Source: an uncultured Pirellulales bacterium
GTDB taxonomy: Bacteria; Planctomycetota; Phycisphaerae; Sedimentisphaerales; CAYZTY01
Direction of reading: 5' to 3'
NCBI GenBank assembly: GCA_964444665.1
Contig: CAYUIE010000003.1
Location: 234,990-298,989, forward strand
Length of the DNA: 64,000 nt
Shown here: piece after piece, positions 32,041 to 42,008 of the stretch
Layout of the letters: each line of letters begins with the position of its first letter
How positions within the stretch are numbered: the stretch's first letter is position 1
Notes under the pieces: generated by a model
What the model was told of the DNA's origin: nothing
Seen by the model: only the letters and a program-made list of their open reading frames with translations
The model's database searches: none
Translations under genes and position numbers: made by a program

Positions 32041-33291
32041 GTGAATATTTTGCTAATCCATCAATACTTTATGAAAAGCATGCAGGTAGGAGGCGGTTCG
32101 AGATGGAACGAGATGACGAAAGTATGGGCAGAACAAGGGCATAAAATCACCGTAATAGCCGGTATGTACTGTCTTTCTTTGGGCAAAAAGAATCCCGAAT
32201 ACGAAGGCAAATTATTCAAGCAAGAAAGTGTTCAAGAAGGATTAAGAGTAATCCGTGTCCATACTTCTTCCAAATATAATAAAAACTATCTTTGGCGAAG
32301 CTGGGCGTATATTAGCTTTATTTTGTTTGGCTTGGTTGGCAGTTTACTTTTTGCGCGCCGTAGTTTTGATGTGGTAATTGCTTCCAGTCCACCTTTAACT
32401 GTAGGGCCGCTTGGAGTAGTGATTTCTTGGTTCAAAAGATGTCCCTTTATATTCGAAGTTAGGGATCTTTGGCCGGAATCCGCAATTGACACCGGCGTTT
32501 TGACGAACAAATGGCTTATCAAGCTGATGTACTTCATGGAGAAGATTTCTTACAAAAAATCTTCCGCTATAAATGTGCTTACACCAGCTTTCCGAAAAAG
32601 CATCAGTGAAAGAAAAAAAATCTCTCCTGATAAAATCTGGATGATACCAAACGCAGCGGATTTGGAACTGGTAAAGCCGGGACCGATGCAAAATGAAATA
32701 CGAAAGAGACATAACTGGGATGACAAATTTGTCGGATTATATATAGGAGCACACGGAAAAGCCAACTATCTGTGGCAACTGATCCAAACTGCAGAACTGT
32801 TGAGAAACGACCCTGAGTATCTTATAGTTTGTGTAGGCAATGGAATGGAGCGCGACGCATTGATCCAAAAAGCTAAACAAGATAATTTGACAAACATTCA
32901 ATTCCTTCCATCGGTTGCAAAACGCGATGTCTACAAATATTTGAATGCCTGTAATGTGTCACTGATAGTATTGAAAAAGGTGGAATCTTTTAAAACCGTC
33001 TATCCAAACAAGATGTTTGATTCAATGGCCGCGGCCCGTCCTGTTATTCTTGCAATCGATGGAGTCGCACGAAAGCTTATCGAAGATGGAAAAGCAGGAA
33101 TTTATGTCGAGCCGGAGAATGCAGAAGAAATTGCCAATGCGATGAAATTTTACAGGTCATCACCGGAAACCGCCATGCAGCACGGGCAAAATGGATACGA
33201 ATTTGCAAAACAAAACTACGACCGTCGTAACTTAGCAGCTAAATATATAAAATTAATAGAAGAAAAAGTTATTAGAAATCCTAATAAATGA
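32041..33291 (+). CDS. Glycosyltransferase family 4 (WbuB-like)
   Basis: ASSPPL, FEVRDLWPES, YIGAHG.AN, PNKMFDSMAA. Confidence 0.9.
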   Translation: MNILLIHQYFMKSMQVGGGSRWNEMTKVWAEQGHKITVIAGMYCLSLGKKNPEYEGKLFKQESVQEGLRVIRVHTSSKYNKNYLWRSWAYISFILFGLVGSLLFARRSFDVVIASSPPLTVGPLGVVISWFKRCPFIFEVRDLWPESAIDTGVLTNKWLIKLMYFMEKISYKKSSAINVLTPAFRKSISERKKISPDKIWMIPNAADLELVKPGPMQNEIRKRHNWDDKFVGLYIGAHGKANYLWQLIQTAELLRNDPEYLIVCVGNGMERDALIQKAKQDNLTNIQFLPSVAKRDVYKYLNACNVSLIVLKKVESFKTVYPNKMFDSMAAARPVILAIDGVARKLIEDGKAGIYVEPENAEEIANAMKFYRSSPETAMQHGQNGYEFAKQNYDRRNLAAKYIKLIEEKVIRNPNK

Positions 33292-33464
33292 AATCGGCCT
33301 TTACTCCTGACTTTGTTATCTTTGGCTGGTGCAGTATAGTATATACGATTATACGGTCACCTGGATGAAGGGATACAGGTGTTTATGTGCGTGATGCTTC
33401 GTCGTTAGCAATGTAGCTTTCATAAATGGCTTTGGATGTATAAACAAAGCTGCCGGAGAAACAA

Positions 33465-34658
33465 ATGCGTTGTGATGCGCTAGTTGGATATGCCTGGTGT
33501 CGTTCAAGCTACGTTGCTATTCGCAGTCTTAGTCAATTAGGACTCCACGTAGCGGCAGCCGACACCACAAGATTTGGAATGGGACAGTGCTCTAAGCACA
33601 CTTCCGCCCGTTATGTCCACGCAAATCCTCGAATCGACCCAGAGCAATTCATAACAGATATAATACAAATACTGAAGGACTGCCAAGCTTATTTTTATCT
33701 TCCGGGACATGATGAAGGCGAGATTGTGGTTCGCTACCGCAACCGACTTCCCAAAGATGTCGTTGTCCCCCTTGCTGGCTATGACACTTTAGTTCTGGCA
33801 AACGACAAAATGCAAACAGCCAAAATTGCCTCGGAACTTGATATACCCACACCCCGTTTGATACATTGGCAAAATATGGATGAACTAAAAAATGCCGTCG
33901 AAAAAATTGATAAACCAATGGTTATAAAGCTCCGCCGAGGCTCCGGAGCGAAAGCAGTCTTCTATGCTCACGGCTCTGAGGAAGTGGTTTCCACAGCGAA
34001 TTCGCTTATAAAACGATACAACTTATCACCGGAACGCTATCCGATAGTACAGGAGCGCGTATCAGGTGAAGGCTGGGGCGTGTCGTGCCTTTACTGGAAC
34101 GGTGAACGAATCGCTTCTTTTACTCATCGCCGGCTGCGCGAGAAGATTACTACCGGAGGAACGAGTACCCTGCGCCAGTCTATACACAATCAGTCGATAG
34201 AGGCATACGCACACAGGCTCTTAGACCGCCTCCGCTGGCATGGACTGGTAATGGTTGAGTTTAAGTGGGATCCTGTCGAAAAACAATCCTGGTTCATTGA
34301 GATTAATCCACGACTTTGGGGCAGTATCGCCCTACCTGTTGCATGTGGTGTAGACTTCCCGGCAATGACCTACATTGCAGCCACTCGGGGATTAAAGGAA
34401 GCACGCAAGCTGTATCACGGGTACCCGGATGGAATCGTAGCTCGTTGGTATTTGGGAGACCTTATACTCAGTGCCACTCTCTTAGCAAAACTACATCCTA
34501 TAGCTGCACTGAGATTACTGCTGCCGGGCGGGGCAGATGTATATGATGACCTGTTATGGGATGACCTCGGCGCAACCGCATCCGAATTTGCATCGTATTT
34601 TATAAGATTTCTAAAGTATCGCTCAACAAATCCACCGGCTCAAGGTGCTCTTGGTTAG
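33465..34658 (+). CDS. ATP-grasp (carboxylate-amine ligase-like) protein
   Basis: LANDK, MVIK, IVQERVSG, GGTSTLR, VEFK, FIEINPRLWGS, GVDFP. Confidence 0.88.
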   Translation: MRCDALVGYAWCRSSYVAIRSLSQLGLHVAAADTTRFGMGQCSKHTSARYVHANPRIDPEQFITDIIQILKDCQAYFYLPGHDEGEIVVRYRNRLPKDVVVPLAGYDTLVLANDKMQTAKIASELDIPTPRLIHWQNMDELKNAVEKIDKPMVIKLRRGSGAKAVFYAHGSEEVVSTANSLIKRYNLSPERYPIVQERVSGEGWGVSCLYWNGERIASFTHRRLREKITTGGTSTLRQSIHNQSIEAYAHRLLDRLRWHGLVMVEFKWDPVEKQSWFIEINPRLWGSIALPVACGVDFPAMTYIAATRGLKEARKLYHGYPDGIVARWYLGDLILSATLLAKLHPIAALRLLLPGGADVYDDLLWDDLGATASEFASYFIRFLKYRSTNPPAQGALG

Positions 34659-34714
34659 CAGTTTGGTGGTGGATTGATGGGTATAATTATTTTATTATTC
34701 AGGAAACAGAGTAT

Positions 34715-35410
34715 ATGAAAGGTATTGATCCTCGCAAACACAAGTATGAACAACTGGAGCCTCGCTGCATTCCTCAGGATTACTACGACTTTTCTTTCTA
34801 CATCTCAAAGGAACGGATGATTACATATTGGTATCAGGTCAAAGAAATCCTGGGAAAACAACCTGATAAAGTACTTGAAGTTGGTATTGGAAACGGAATT
34901 GTTACCAGCATTCTCAAGTCTTATGGTATCAAAACCACCACAGCGGATATCAATGAATCCCTCAGCCCCGACGTGGTGGTATCGATTACGGAATTGGATA
35001 CCGGTTTTAAGAAGGGACAATTTCCATTTATACTTTGCGCCAGAGTATTACAACATTTGCCCTTTTCTGAATTTGACCGGGCATTGTCCCAGTTATGCTA
35101 TGTTACACAAAAGTATGTATTGCTGACCCTACCAGTTGAAACTTTGCGCCTGTATTTACGATTCAGAGTTACGGGCAGTAAAGCAGTTACTGTATCAGTT
35201 CGGTTCCCCCTGATTGTAAAACAAATCCTGCAACGGTTTCTCAAAGTTGCCGATGATAGTAAGACCCAGAACTTCTGGAAAATTAACCAAAGGCGCGAAG
35301 TATCAATGCCCAATGTATGTCGAATCATACAAAATCATTTCCTCATCGAGAAGACCTATCAAGTACCTGAAGATATGAGCCATGCGTTCTTTATTCTACG
35401 GAAAAAGTGA
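34715..35410 (+). CDS. Class I SAM-dependent methyltransferase
   Basis: VLEVGIGNG motif I, TTADI, LCARVLQHLP. Confidence 0.85.
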   Translation: MKGIDPRKHKYEQLEPRCIPQDYYDFSFYISKERMITYWYQVKEILGKQPDKVLEVGIGNGIVTSILKSYGIKTTTADINESLSPDVVVSITELDTGFKKGQFPFILCARVLQHLPFSEFDRALSQLCYVTQKYVLLTLPVETLRLYLRFRVTGSKAVTVSVRFPLIVKQILQRFLKVADDSKTQNFWKINQRREVSMPNVCRIIQNHFLIEKTYQVPEDMSHAFFILRKK

Positions 35411-35454
35411 GGGAAACAAATTTTATGTGTAATACGTGGAGTTAAACAAAAGAT

Positions 35455-36342
35455 ATGCCCACATCTAATGTTATTTCTATCGACGTTGAAGATTGGTATC
35501 ATTCTTCGCTTGACCTCTTTAAGGACAGCGACGTTCCGCACGGCTCAAAACCCGAGCCAAGCGTTGTAAATAACACGCTTCAGACTTTAGATTTGCTTTC
35601 AGAAACAGGCAACAAAGCAACTTTTTTCATCTTGGGAACCGTTGCAGAACACTATCCGAATATTGTAAAAGAAATACTCTCCAGGAAACATGAAGTTGCC
35701 ACCCATGGGTATTCCCATAAATTAGTTTATAATATGAAGCCAGAGGAATTCAAGGATGACCTGAAAGTTTCCTTAGAGCATTTAAATAATGCCGGCTGCG
35801 GGCGGATTTTAGGCTACAGAGCACCGTATTGGTCCATCACTAAACGCTCTTTATGGGCACTGGATGTCTTAAGCAAGCTCGGCTTCAAATATGACTCAAG
35901 CATCTTTCCTATAAAACGTGGTTTGTATGGTATTCCGGATGCGCCGACCGTACCGCACAAACTACCGCAAGGCCTGTGGGAATTTCCACCCACAACTATC
36001 AGATTTCCGGGGATAAATATACCGATTGCCGGCGGTGGTTATCTTCGTCTGACTCCATATTGGATAGTAGCCTCAGCAATACGCAAATCCTCCAGTCAGC
36101 ATGTCAGAGTATTCTATTTTCATCCTTACGAATTGGACCCAACGGACATCAAAGTAAAACACAAAGTTAGATCTGCCGGTTCGTTCGCCTATTGGTTACA
36201 GCAGATAGTCGGCCGAAGGTCAAACCCCGATAAGCTCAAGAAACTTTTATCAGAGTTTACATTTACATCAATCAGGCAAATCCTTGAGACTTTGGAAGGA
36301 GACAAACCTTTAAACTCAAATGAGAATATTAGTAATAACTGA
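35455..36342 (+). CDS. Polysaccharide deacetylase family (DUF3473-type)
   Basis: SIDVEDW, ATFFILG, HGYSH, GYRAP, YDSS, AGGGYLRL, YFHPYELDP. Confidence 0.9.
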   Translation: MPTSNVISIDVEDWYHSSLDLFKDSDVPHGSKPEPSVVNNTLQTLDLLSETGNKATFFILGTVAEHYPNIVKEILSRKHEVATHGYSHKLVYNMKPEEFKDDLKVSLEHLNNAGCGRILGYRAPYWSITKRSLWALDVLSKLGFKYDSSIFPIKRGLYGIPDAPTVPHKLPQGLWEFPPTTIRFPGINIPIAGGGYLRLTPYWIVASAIRKSSSQHVRVFYFHPYELDPTDIKVKHKVRSAGSFAYWLQQIVGRRSNPDKLKKLLSEFTFTSIRQILETLEGDKPLNSNENISNN

Positions 36343-37096
36343 AGAAGATGAGTATTATCTACCCCTCTCTATAGACTACCTCCTCAAGAATTGCAGTGAA
36401 CAGATTGTAGGGGTTGTTTGTGCAAGGAATCCGCTCTTGCCAGGCAAATTTAAAGCTGCTCGCAAGTTTTACAAGGTTTTCGGATTCCGCCCGGTACTAA
36501 TCCATGGATTGCGACTGGCTAAAGCCAAATTACTTGATGCCTTTAACCGGCTTAATTTTACTGGACGATATTACTCTGTTAAACGTGTATGTAAGGCACA
36601 TAAAACGCCTTTTGTATTTTCTGATAATATTAATTCGCCGGAATTTTTACAATACTGTAATGATCTAAATATTAATTTGATTGCTTCCGTTTCACCCACT
36701 CAAATATTCAAGGAAGACCTAATAAACCTGCCCAAATACGGTTGCATCAACATACATACAGCCAAACTGCCGATGTATCGCGGCCTATATCCTACCTATT
36801 GGGCGATGGCACTCGGCGAGAAAACTATAGGTATTACTATCCACTACATTGAAAAGGGGATTGATACCGGCAAGATTATATTACAGGTCGATGTCGAAGT
36901 GCCGCCACATACCACGCTGGACGATATGTTAAAGGTAACTAAACTCAAAGGTGCAGAGCTTTTAGTTAAGGCAATCACGCAAATAGTAAATGGTACGGTG
37001 CAGTCTTTCTATCCAGAAGGCCAGGGTTCTTACTATTCATTCCCGACACCGGATTCCTACAAACAGTTTATAAATCGCGGTTACAAATTGTGGTGA
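36320..37096 (+). CDS. Formyltransferase family (nucleotide-sugar N-formyltransferase-like)
   Basis: INIHTAKLPMYRG (N-x-H), TIHYIEKGIDTGKII. Confidence 0.88.
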   Translation: MRILVITEEDEYYLPLSIDYLLKNCSEQIVGVVCARNPLLPGKFKAARKFYKVFGFRPVLIHGLRLAKAKLLDAFNRLNFTGRYYSVKRVCKAHKTPFVFSDNINSPEFLQYCNDLNINLIASVSPTQIFKEDLINLPKYGCINIHTAKLPMYRGLYPTYWAMALGEKTIGITIHYIEKGIDTGKIILQVDVEVPPHTTLDDMLKVTKLKGAELLVKAITQIVNGTVQSFYPEGQGSYYSFPTPDSYKQFINRGYKLW

Positions 37097-37210
37097 TGTG
37101 TAATAAAAGGCCGTTTTTTCCCCCACTTTAAAGCAAAATTTAGTAGTTCAAATACACGATAATAGCTACACACAATAGCTTATTCTTTTGTTACAAGGCC
37201 CCTTTTGTCC

Positions 37211-37240
37211 TTGACTAAAACGGGGCTTTTTATTATACTA
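37211..37240 (+). promoter_or_regulatory. Sigma70-type promoter upstream of the KamA-family gene
   Basis: TTGACT-18 nt-TATACT. Confidence 0.55.
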
Positions 37241-37335
37241 TGAGTATTCATAAGGGAGTGGGGGAAAGCGTCACAACTTGCGTTAGCTAAATAGGTTATC
37301 TCGCTGACACTAAGTATTACAGAGGAGGGCGCATT

Positions 37336-38454
37336 ATTAAGCTCAGGTACGTTACAAACGTAGGCAGGATACCGCAACTAAGCACGAGTGAGAAGCTCAT
37401 TCTCGGCGAAGTGGCCCAGCGATTCGCCTTTCGGTCAAACAACTATTACCTGTCACTTATCGACTGGGAGGACGAAAAGGACCCCATCCGTCGAATAATA
37501 ATTCCTCAGACGGCGGAGCTTGAAAACTGGGGCCGACTCGACCCATCAAATGAGCACAGGTACACGGTTATGCGCGGCCTGGAGCACAAGTACCCCTCAA
37601 CGGCACTATTGCTGGTAAGCAATGTTTGCGACGGGTTTTGCCGATACTGCTTCCGAAAACGGGTCTTTATGAAAAACTGCCAGGAGGTTCTCCGCGACAT
37701 ACCTGCGGCAATACAATACATCCGCGAACACAGGGAGATAACCAATGTGCTGCTGAGCGGCGGCGATCCACTAAGTCTATCTACACAAAAACTGCATAAA
37801 ATTATTAAGCAGCTGCGCCAGATTGAGCACATCGGAATAATTCGTCTGGGAACGAAAATCCCGGCATATAATCCATATCGAATACTAAACGATCGCCATC
37901 TTATAAAAACCATCAACAAATACAGTACGCCGCAGAAAAGGATATATGTTATTACACACTTCGACCACCCGAGAGAGATAACAGATGTAGCAATCAAGGC
38001 GATAGCACTTTTACACAAGGCCGGCGCGGTGATGGAAAATCAAACGCCGCTTATACGCGGCATCAACGACGACCCCTTTGTGCTGGCAGAGCTATTCAGG
38101 ACGCTGTCTTTCATCGGTATCTCGCCATACTATGTCTTCCAGTGTCGCCCGACAGTAGGCAATAAACCTTATGCCGTTCCAGTCGAAGAGGGATACGACA
38201 TTTTCGAGTCTGCTAAGTCGATGGTCTCGGGCCTGGCGAAAACGGCTCGTTATATAATGAGCCACACCACGGGTAAGATTTCAATCGCTGGAAAAACCGA
38301 AGACCATATTTTCTTCAAGTATCACCGGACTGCAGATGACGAAGATAACAGCCAAATGATTGTTGCCGCAAGCAATCCACAGGCTTACTGGTTCGAGGAC
38401 TACCCGGAACTAATTGAATACCGCGAATTTGTAGAACAACAAATTATTGGTTAG
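37336..38454 (+). CDS. KamA-family radical SAM protein (aminomutase-like); start placed at ATT 37336
   Basis: LEHKYP, CDGFCRYC (CxxxCxxC), LSGGDPL, QTPLIRGINDD; frame is open upstream of GTG 37411 (IKLRYVTNVGRIPQLS...) with GGAGG at 37324-37328. Confidence 0.85.
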   Translation: MKLRYVTNVGRIPQLSTSEKLILGEVAQRFAFRSNNYYLSLIDWEDEKDPIRRIIIPQTAELENWGRLDPSNEHRYTVMRGLEHKYPSTALLLVSNVCDGFCRYCFRKRVFMKNCQEVLRDIPAAIQYIREHREITNVLLSGGDPLSLSTQKLHKIIKQLRQIEHIGIIRLGTKIPAYNPYRILNDRHLIKTINKYSTPQKRIYVITHFDHPREITDVAIKAIALLHKAGAVMENQTPLIRGINDDPFVLAELFRTLSFIGISPYYVFQCRPTVGNKPYAVPVEEGYDIFESAKSMVSGLAKTARYIMSHTTGKISIAGKTEDHIFFKYHRTADDEDNSQMIVAASNPQAYWFEDYPELIEYREFVEQQIIG

Positions 38455-38519
38455 ACTAACAGGGTCAAATTCACTACAATAAGCAACAGAAAAGATTAAA
38501 ATATAAAAGGGCCGGGTGA

Positions 38520-39191
38520 TTGCGAACCATTTTAAGCTGTTTTCTTAAATCGGGGACAATGGCCAAGGCAAATCTAAAACTCAGGTCTTTCTTTAAGCGA
38601 ATCTTCGATATTTGCGCGGCTGCAGTGGCGTGCATTATATTGGCGCCGATTTTCCTGTTGGTCTTTGCGGCAATCAGGCTGAGCAGCCTGGGACCAGCTA
38701 TTTTTAAGCAACAGCGAGCAGGTAAAGACGGTAAAGCATTCACCTTTTATAAATTTCGTACAATGAAAATTAATGTTGGACCGTTTGGCCCAAGTCCGAA
38801 ATCAGACCAGGACCCTCGTTTAACAAGAGTGGGTAAATTTCTGCGGGAATACTCACTGGATGAGTTGCCGCAGCTTTTTAATATTCTGAAAGGCGATATG
38901 AGTATAGTTGGACCCCGGCCGTTATATATCTCGCAAATGGCAGAATGGAATGAAAGACAGAAGAAACGGCTTCTGGTTAAACCAGGCCTGACGGGCCTTG
39001 CCCAGATTTCAGGCCGAGGTGAACTTACACGTGAAGCAAAGTTAGAGCTTGACGTTCAATACGTGGAAAAAGCAAATCTATGGCTCGATATAAAAACAAT
39101 CTGGGCCACACTCACCCAAATCACAGGCAGAAAAAGTATCTACGAGAAGAAATACTCTGAAAGCGAATATACCCGCGGAGAAAAACCTTGA
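38520..39191 (+). CDS. Initiating sugar-phosphate transferase (Bac_transf)
   Basis: KRIFDI, FKQQRAG, KFRTM, SLDELPQL.NIL.GDMSIVGPRP, KPGLTGLAQ. Confidence 0.95.
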   Translation: MRTILSCFLKSGTMAKANLKLRSFFKRIFDICAAAVACIILAPIFLLVFAAIRLSSLGPAIFKQQRAGKDGKAFTFYKFRTMKINVGPFGPSPKSDQDPRLTRVGKFLREYSLDELPQLFNILKGDMSIVGPRPLYISQMAEWNERQKKRLLVKPGLTGLAQISGRGELTREAKLELDVQYVEKANLWLDIKTIWATLTQITGRKSIYEKKYSESEYTRGEKP

Positions 39192-40774
39192 GGCTCGAAA
39201 GACGTATAATCGCGGCTTTTATTGCAAATCTTTTTTTCGTATCAGCATTATTCGGCCTGGAGCCAAATGAAATACTCCTTATCGCCAATAGCAATTTACC
39301 GGCATCGGTACGCATCGCCGGATATTACTGTAAAAAACGTGGCGTACCTCCGAAAAACATACTTGCCCTGCCGCTTGGCCCGGAAGCCGTCGATACTATC
39401 AACCGAGCCGAATACCAAAGCCAATTGGCCGCCCCTATTCGCAGCAAATTATCGAGCCCTGAATTTTCCGGCAAAATTAAATGTCTACTGACCACATACG
39501 GCGTACCATTTAAGGTCGAGGGCCACGGCCCCATAAAAGGTCAAGAGGAAAATATCAAACGACTGGAGAAACTGGCCGAACAGCAAGCCAGCCAGCTCAA
39601 AGATATAATAGAAAAATTAGCGGTTCTATGCAACAAGCAGAACTCATCAAGACCTCAAATCGGTTCAGGCCAAAACATAAAAGTCCTTTTCAAAGATGCT
39701 GAGGTCAAGAGTAAGGCCGCACTGGCACGAATACGGTCGCTCAAGAATAAGACGCAACAAAAACAGGATTATTGGCGATGGTTTAAGTCTTATGGACAAA
39801 TTTTTGGCAAAGCCAGGGCATTTCACTTAGCTAAAGACAATACTTCGTTGAGGTTAAATATATCTCCTGCTGAAACAAGAAAATTTCAAAGGGACCGTGA
39901 TTTAATTAAACAGGCCCGCAACAACAACCAGAACATAGCTGAAAGAATCCGGAGCGATTATTATGATTCAGTTGCTAACGTTAACGGCCTTCTTGAATCA
40001 ATTAGTGTCCTGACCGTTGATATAGGTCGGCTTAAAGGCCAGGAGTCAAGTGCCTCTGTCGACAGTGAATTGTCGATGGTTCTCTTTGATAATTATGAAT
40101 TATACAGATGGCAACCAAACGAGTTTAACACTCGTATCATCTGGACGGGGCTCAAGACACTTATGGTCTGCAGGCTTGACGGGCCAAGCGAACAGATAGC
40201 AAAAGGTCTTGTGGATAAGGCGATAGCGGCAGAACAAAATGGTCTCAGAGGAACAGCATATATAGATTCGAGAGGTCTGAAGGATGAAAAGGCATTCAAT
40301 TCACCCGGCTATTTTGACAAGTCTCTGCGGGATACGGCTCTGCTGATAAAGAATCATACGCAGATACCGGTGGTCGAAGAGCGAACCGATAAGCTTTTCC
40401 AGCCCGGTCAATGTCCCCAAACGGCGATATACTGCGGCTGGTACAGTGTGAAGAATTACATAGACGCGTTTGATTTTGTTGACGGGGCGGTCGGCTATCA
40501 TATTGCAAGCTGGGAAGCGGTGGACCTGCGAGACCCGAACAGCCACCAGTGGTGCCCTGCGATGCTGACCGATGGAATCACCGCCACCATCGGCGCAGTG
40601 GCTGAACCATATCTACATTCATTCCCAAATCCACGAGCATTCCTCAGCGGACTTCTTGCGGGACAATGTTTGGTTGAAGCATACTACAGGACTAAACCGT
40701 TCAATTCCTGGCAACTGGTCTTGATTGGCGAGCCGTTATACAGACCATTTAAACAACCTGAAAAAGACAGATAA
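39188..40774 (+). CDS. TIGR03790-family protein
   Basis: IAGYYCKKRGVP, ASVDSEL, VCRLDGP, YCGWYS, GAVGYHIASWE, GAVAEPY, EAYY..PF.SWQ...GEPLYRPF. Confidence 0.8.
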   Translation: MRLERRIIAAFIANLFFVSALFGLEPNEILLIANSNLPASVRIAGYYCKKRGVPPKNILALPLGPEAVDTINRAEYQSQLAAPIRSKLSSPEFSGKIKCLLTTYGVPFKVEGHGPIKGQEENIKRLEKLAEQQASQLKDIIEKLAVLCNKQNSSRPQIGSGQNIKVLFKDAEVKSKAALARIRSLKNKTQQKQDYWRWFKSYGQIFGKARAFHLAKDNTSLRLNISPAETRKFQRDRDLIKQARNNNQNIAERIRSDYYDSVANVNGLLESISVLTVDIGRLKGQESSASVDSELSMVLFDNYELYRWQPNEFNTRIIWTGLKTLMVCRLDGPSEQIAKGLVDKAIAAEQNGLRGTAYIDSRGLKDEKAFNSPGYFDKSLRDTALLIKNHTQIPVVEERTDKLFQPGQCPQTAIYCGWYSVKNYIDAFDFVDGAVGYHIASWEAVDLRDPNSHQWCPAMLTDGITATIGAVAEPYLHSFPNPRAFLSGLLAGQCLVEAYYRTKPFNSWQLVLIGEPLYRPFKQPEKDR

Positions 40775-40785
40775 TTACTGTCATA

Positions 40786-41511
40786 TCAGCCGACTTGCCT
40801 CTGACGGCGTAAAGCAAAGACATATAGAGTAGCAACAACCACGATACCGGCGACAGCGGAAATCACATCAGCAATCGCTGGACCACGGGCAGTTATGAGC
40901 GAGAAAAGCTTTACAACCAGCAAGAAACCAATCGGCAGAACCGACGCATAGATAATCCACCCTGCCCGGGGTGCCTTATGCGATAGGAAACGTTGAAGGT
41001 ATTGGACCCAAAGTAAGGTAAGAAAAGCGTAAGCAAACAAATGAAATATCGCGCTGGCAAAGGGAAAAAATGAAGCCATAGACACACGGAACACATTCGT
41101 AGAAACAAAGATAATTGTCCCCGTAACGATAATGGAGGCGGGCCAAAAACTTAAGAGTGAAAGCAGAACCAGCCCGGCGGTTGTTCCCATAAGATTGGCG
41201 AGAAAATCACTTGCATCAGTGCTTCGACCCACATAGCCCTGAAGCCATTCATCAATCACACCATACCAGACCATTATCAACAATGTCCACCAAACCGGCG
41301 CCCTTCGCCAATTGACTTTCCTGTCAGGACTAATAGCAAACCACCATAAAGAAACCAGGGCGAGATAGGCAATGAAATGCGCGGATTTGTCGGATACTTG
41401 TGCCCTGCGCATCCAATATGGTATCGCCGGCCAATGTGTAGCAATAAAAATAACCGGCCAATAAATTAACAGTGCTGTTAATATTACCTTTTGTCTTCGA
41501 AAGAAAGTCAC
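40786..41511 (-). CDS. VanZ family membrane protein
   Basis: DKSAHFIAY, DEWLQGYVGRS...DFLAN. Confidence 0.85.
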   Translation of the reverse strand: MTFFRRQKVILTALLIYWPVIFIATHWPAIPYWMRRAQVSDKSAHFIAYLALVSLWWFAISPDRKVNWRRAPVWWTLLIMVWYGVIDEWLQGYVGRSTDASDFLANLMGTTAGLVLLSLLSFWPASIIVTGTIIFVSTNVFRVSMASFFPFASAIFHLFAYAFLTLLWVQYLQRFLSHKAPRAGWIIYASVLPIGFLLVVKLFSLITARGPAIADVISAVAGIVVVATLYVFALRRQRQVG

Positions 41512-41656
41512 AAAAACACCTTAATTGCTTCAAAATGCAACACTTACGATAGACGCCCCGCAGTAAATAATATTGTTTCCGATTAACCAACGCTTTCATT
41601 TTATTCGGTAAAAAGCTATTATGTAACAAATAAATTATGGTTTCTGGAGAAATTAA

Positions 41657-41980
41657 ATGTTGCAAAGACTAATACAGGAAATTACAGCGGAGCCGACGTG
41701 GGGAATGATAGGCTTCCTGGGACAGGCGGTCTTCGGTACAAGATTCATACTCCAGTGGATAGTCAGCGAATACAAGAAAAAATCGCATGTGCCAACGGCT
41801 TTTTGGTTTCTATCACTGCTGGGAAGCCTTATACTGCTCGTCTATTCCATTCACAGAGAAGAGCCGGTATTTATCTTGGGATTTTCGCTCAACACTTTCA
41901 TCTACCTGCGCAACATTCATTTAATATACACTAATTCCAAAGCCAGTAAGGAAACGTCCATCGTTCAAGAGGTGGACTAA
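41657..41980 (+). CDS. Lipid-A-disaccharide synthase N-terminal (LAB_N)-domain membrane protein
   Basis: GFLGQAVFGTRFILQW..SE..KKS..P..FW.LSL.GS, YLRN. Confidence 0.88.
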   Translation: MLQRLIQEITAEPTWGMIGFLGQAVFGTRFILQWIVSEYKKKSHVPTAFWFLSLLGSLILLVYSIHREEPVFILGFSLNTFIYLRNIHLIYTNSKASKETSIVQEVD

Positions 41981-42008
41981 AAGACACATTATGTAGAGGG
42001 CGTACAAA

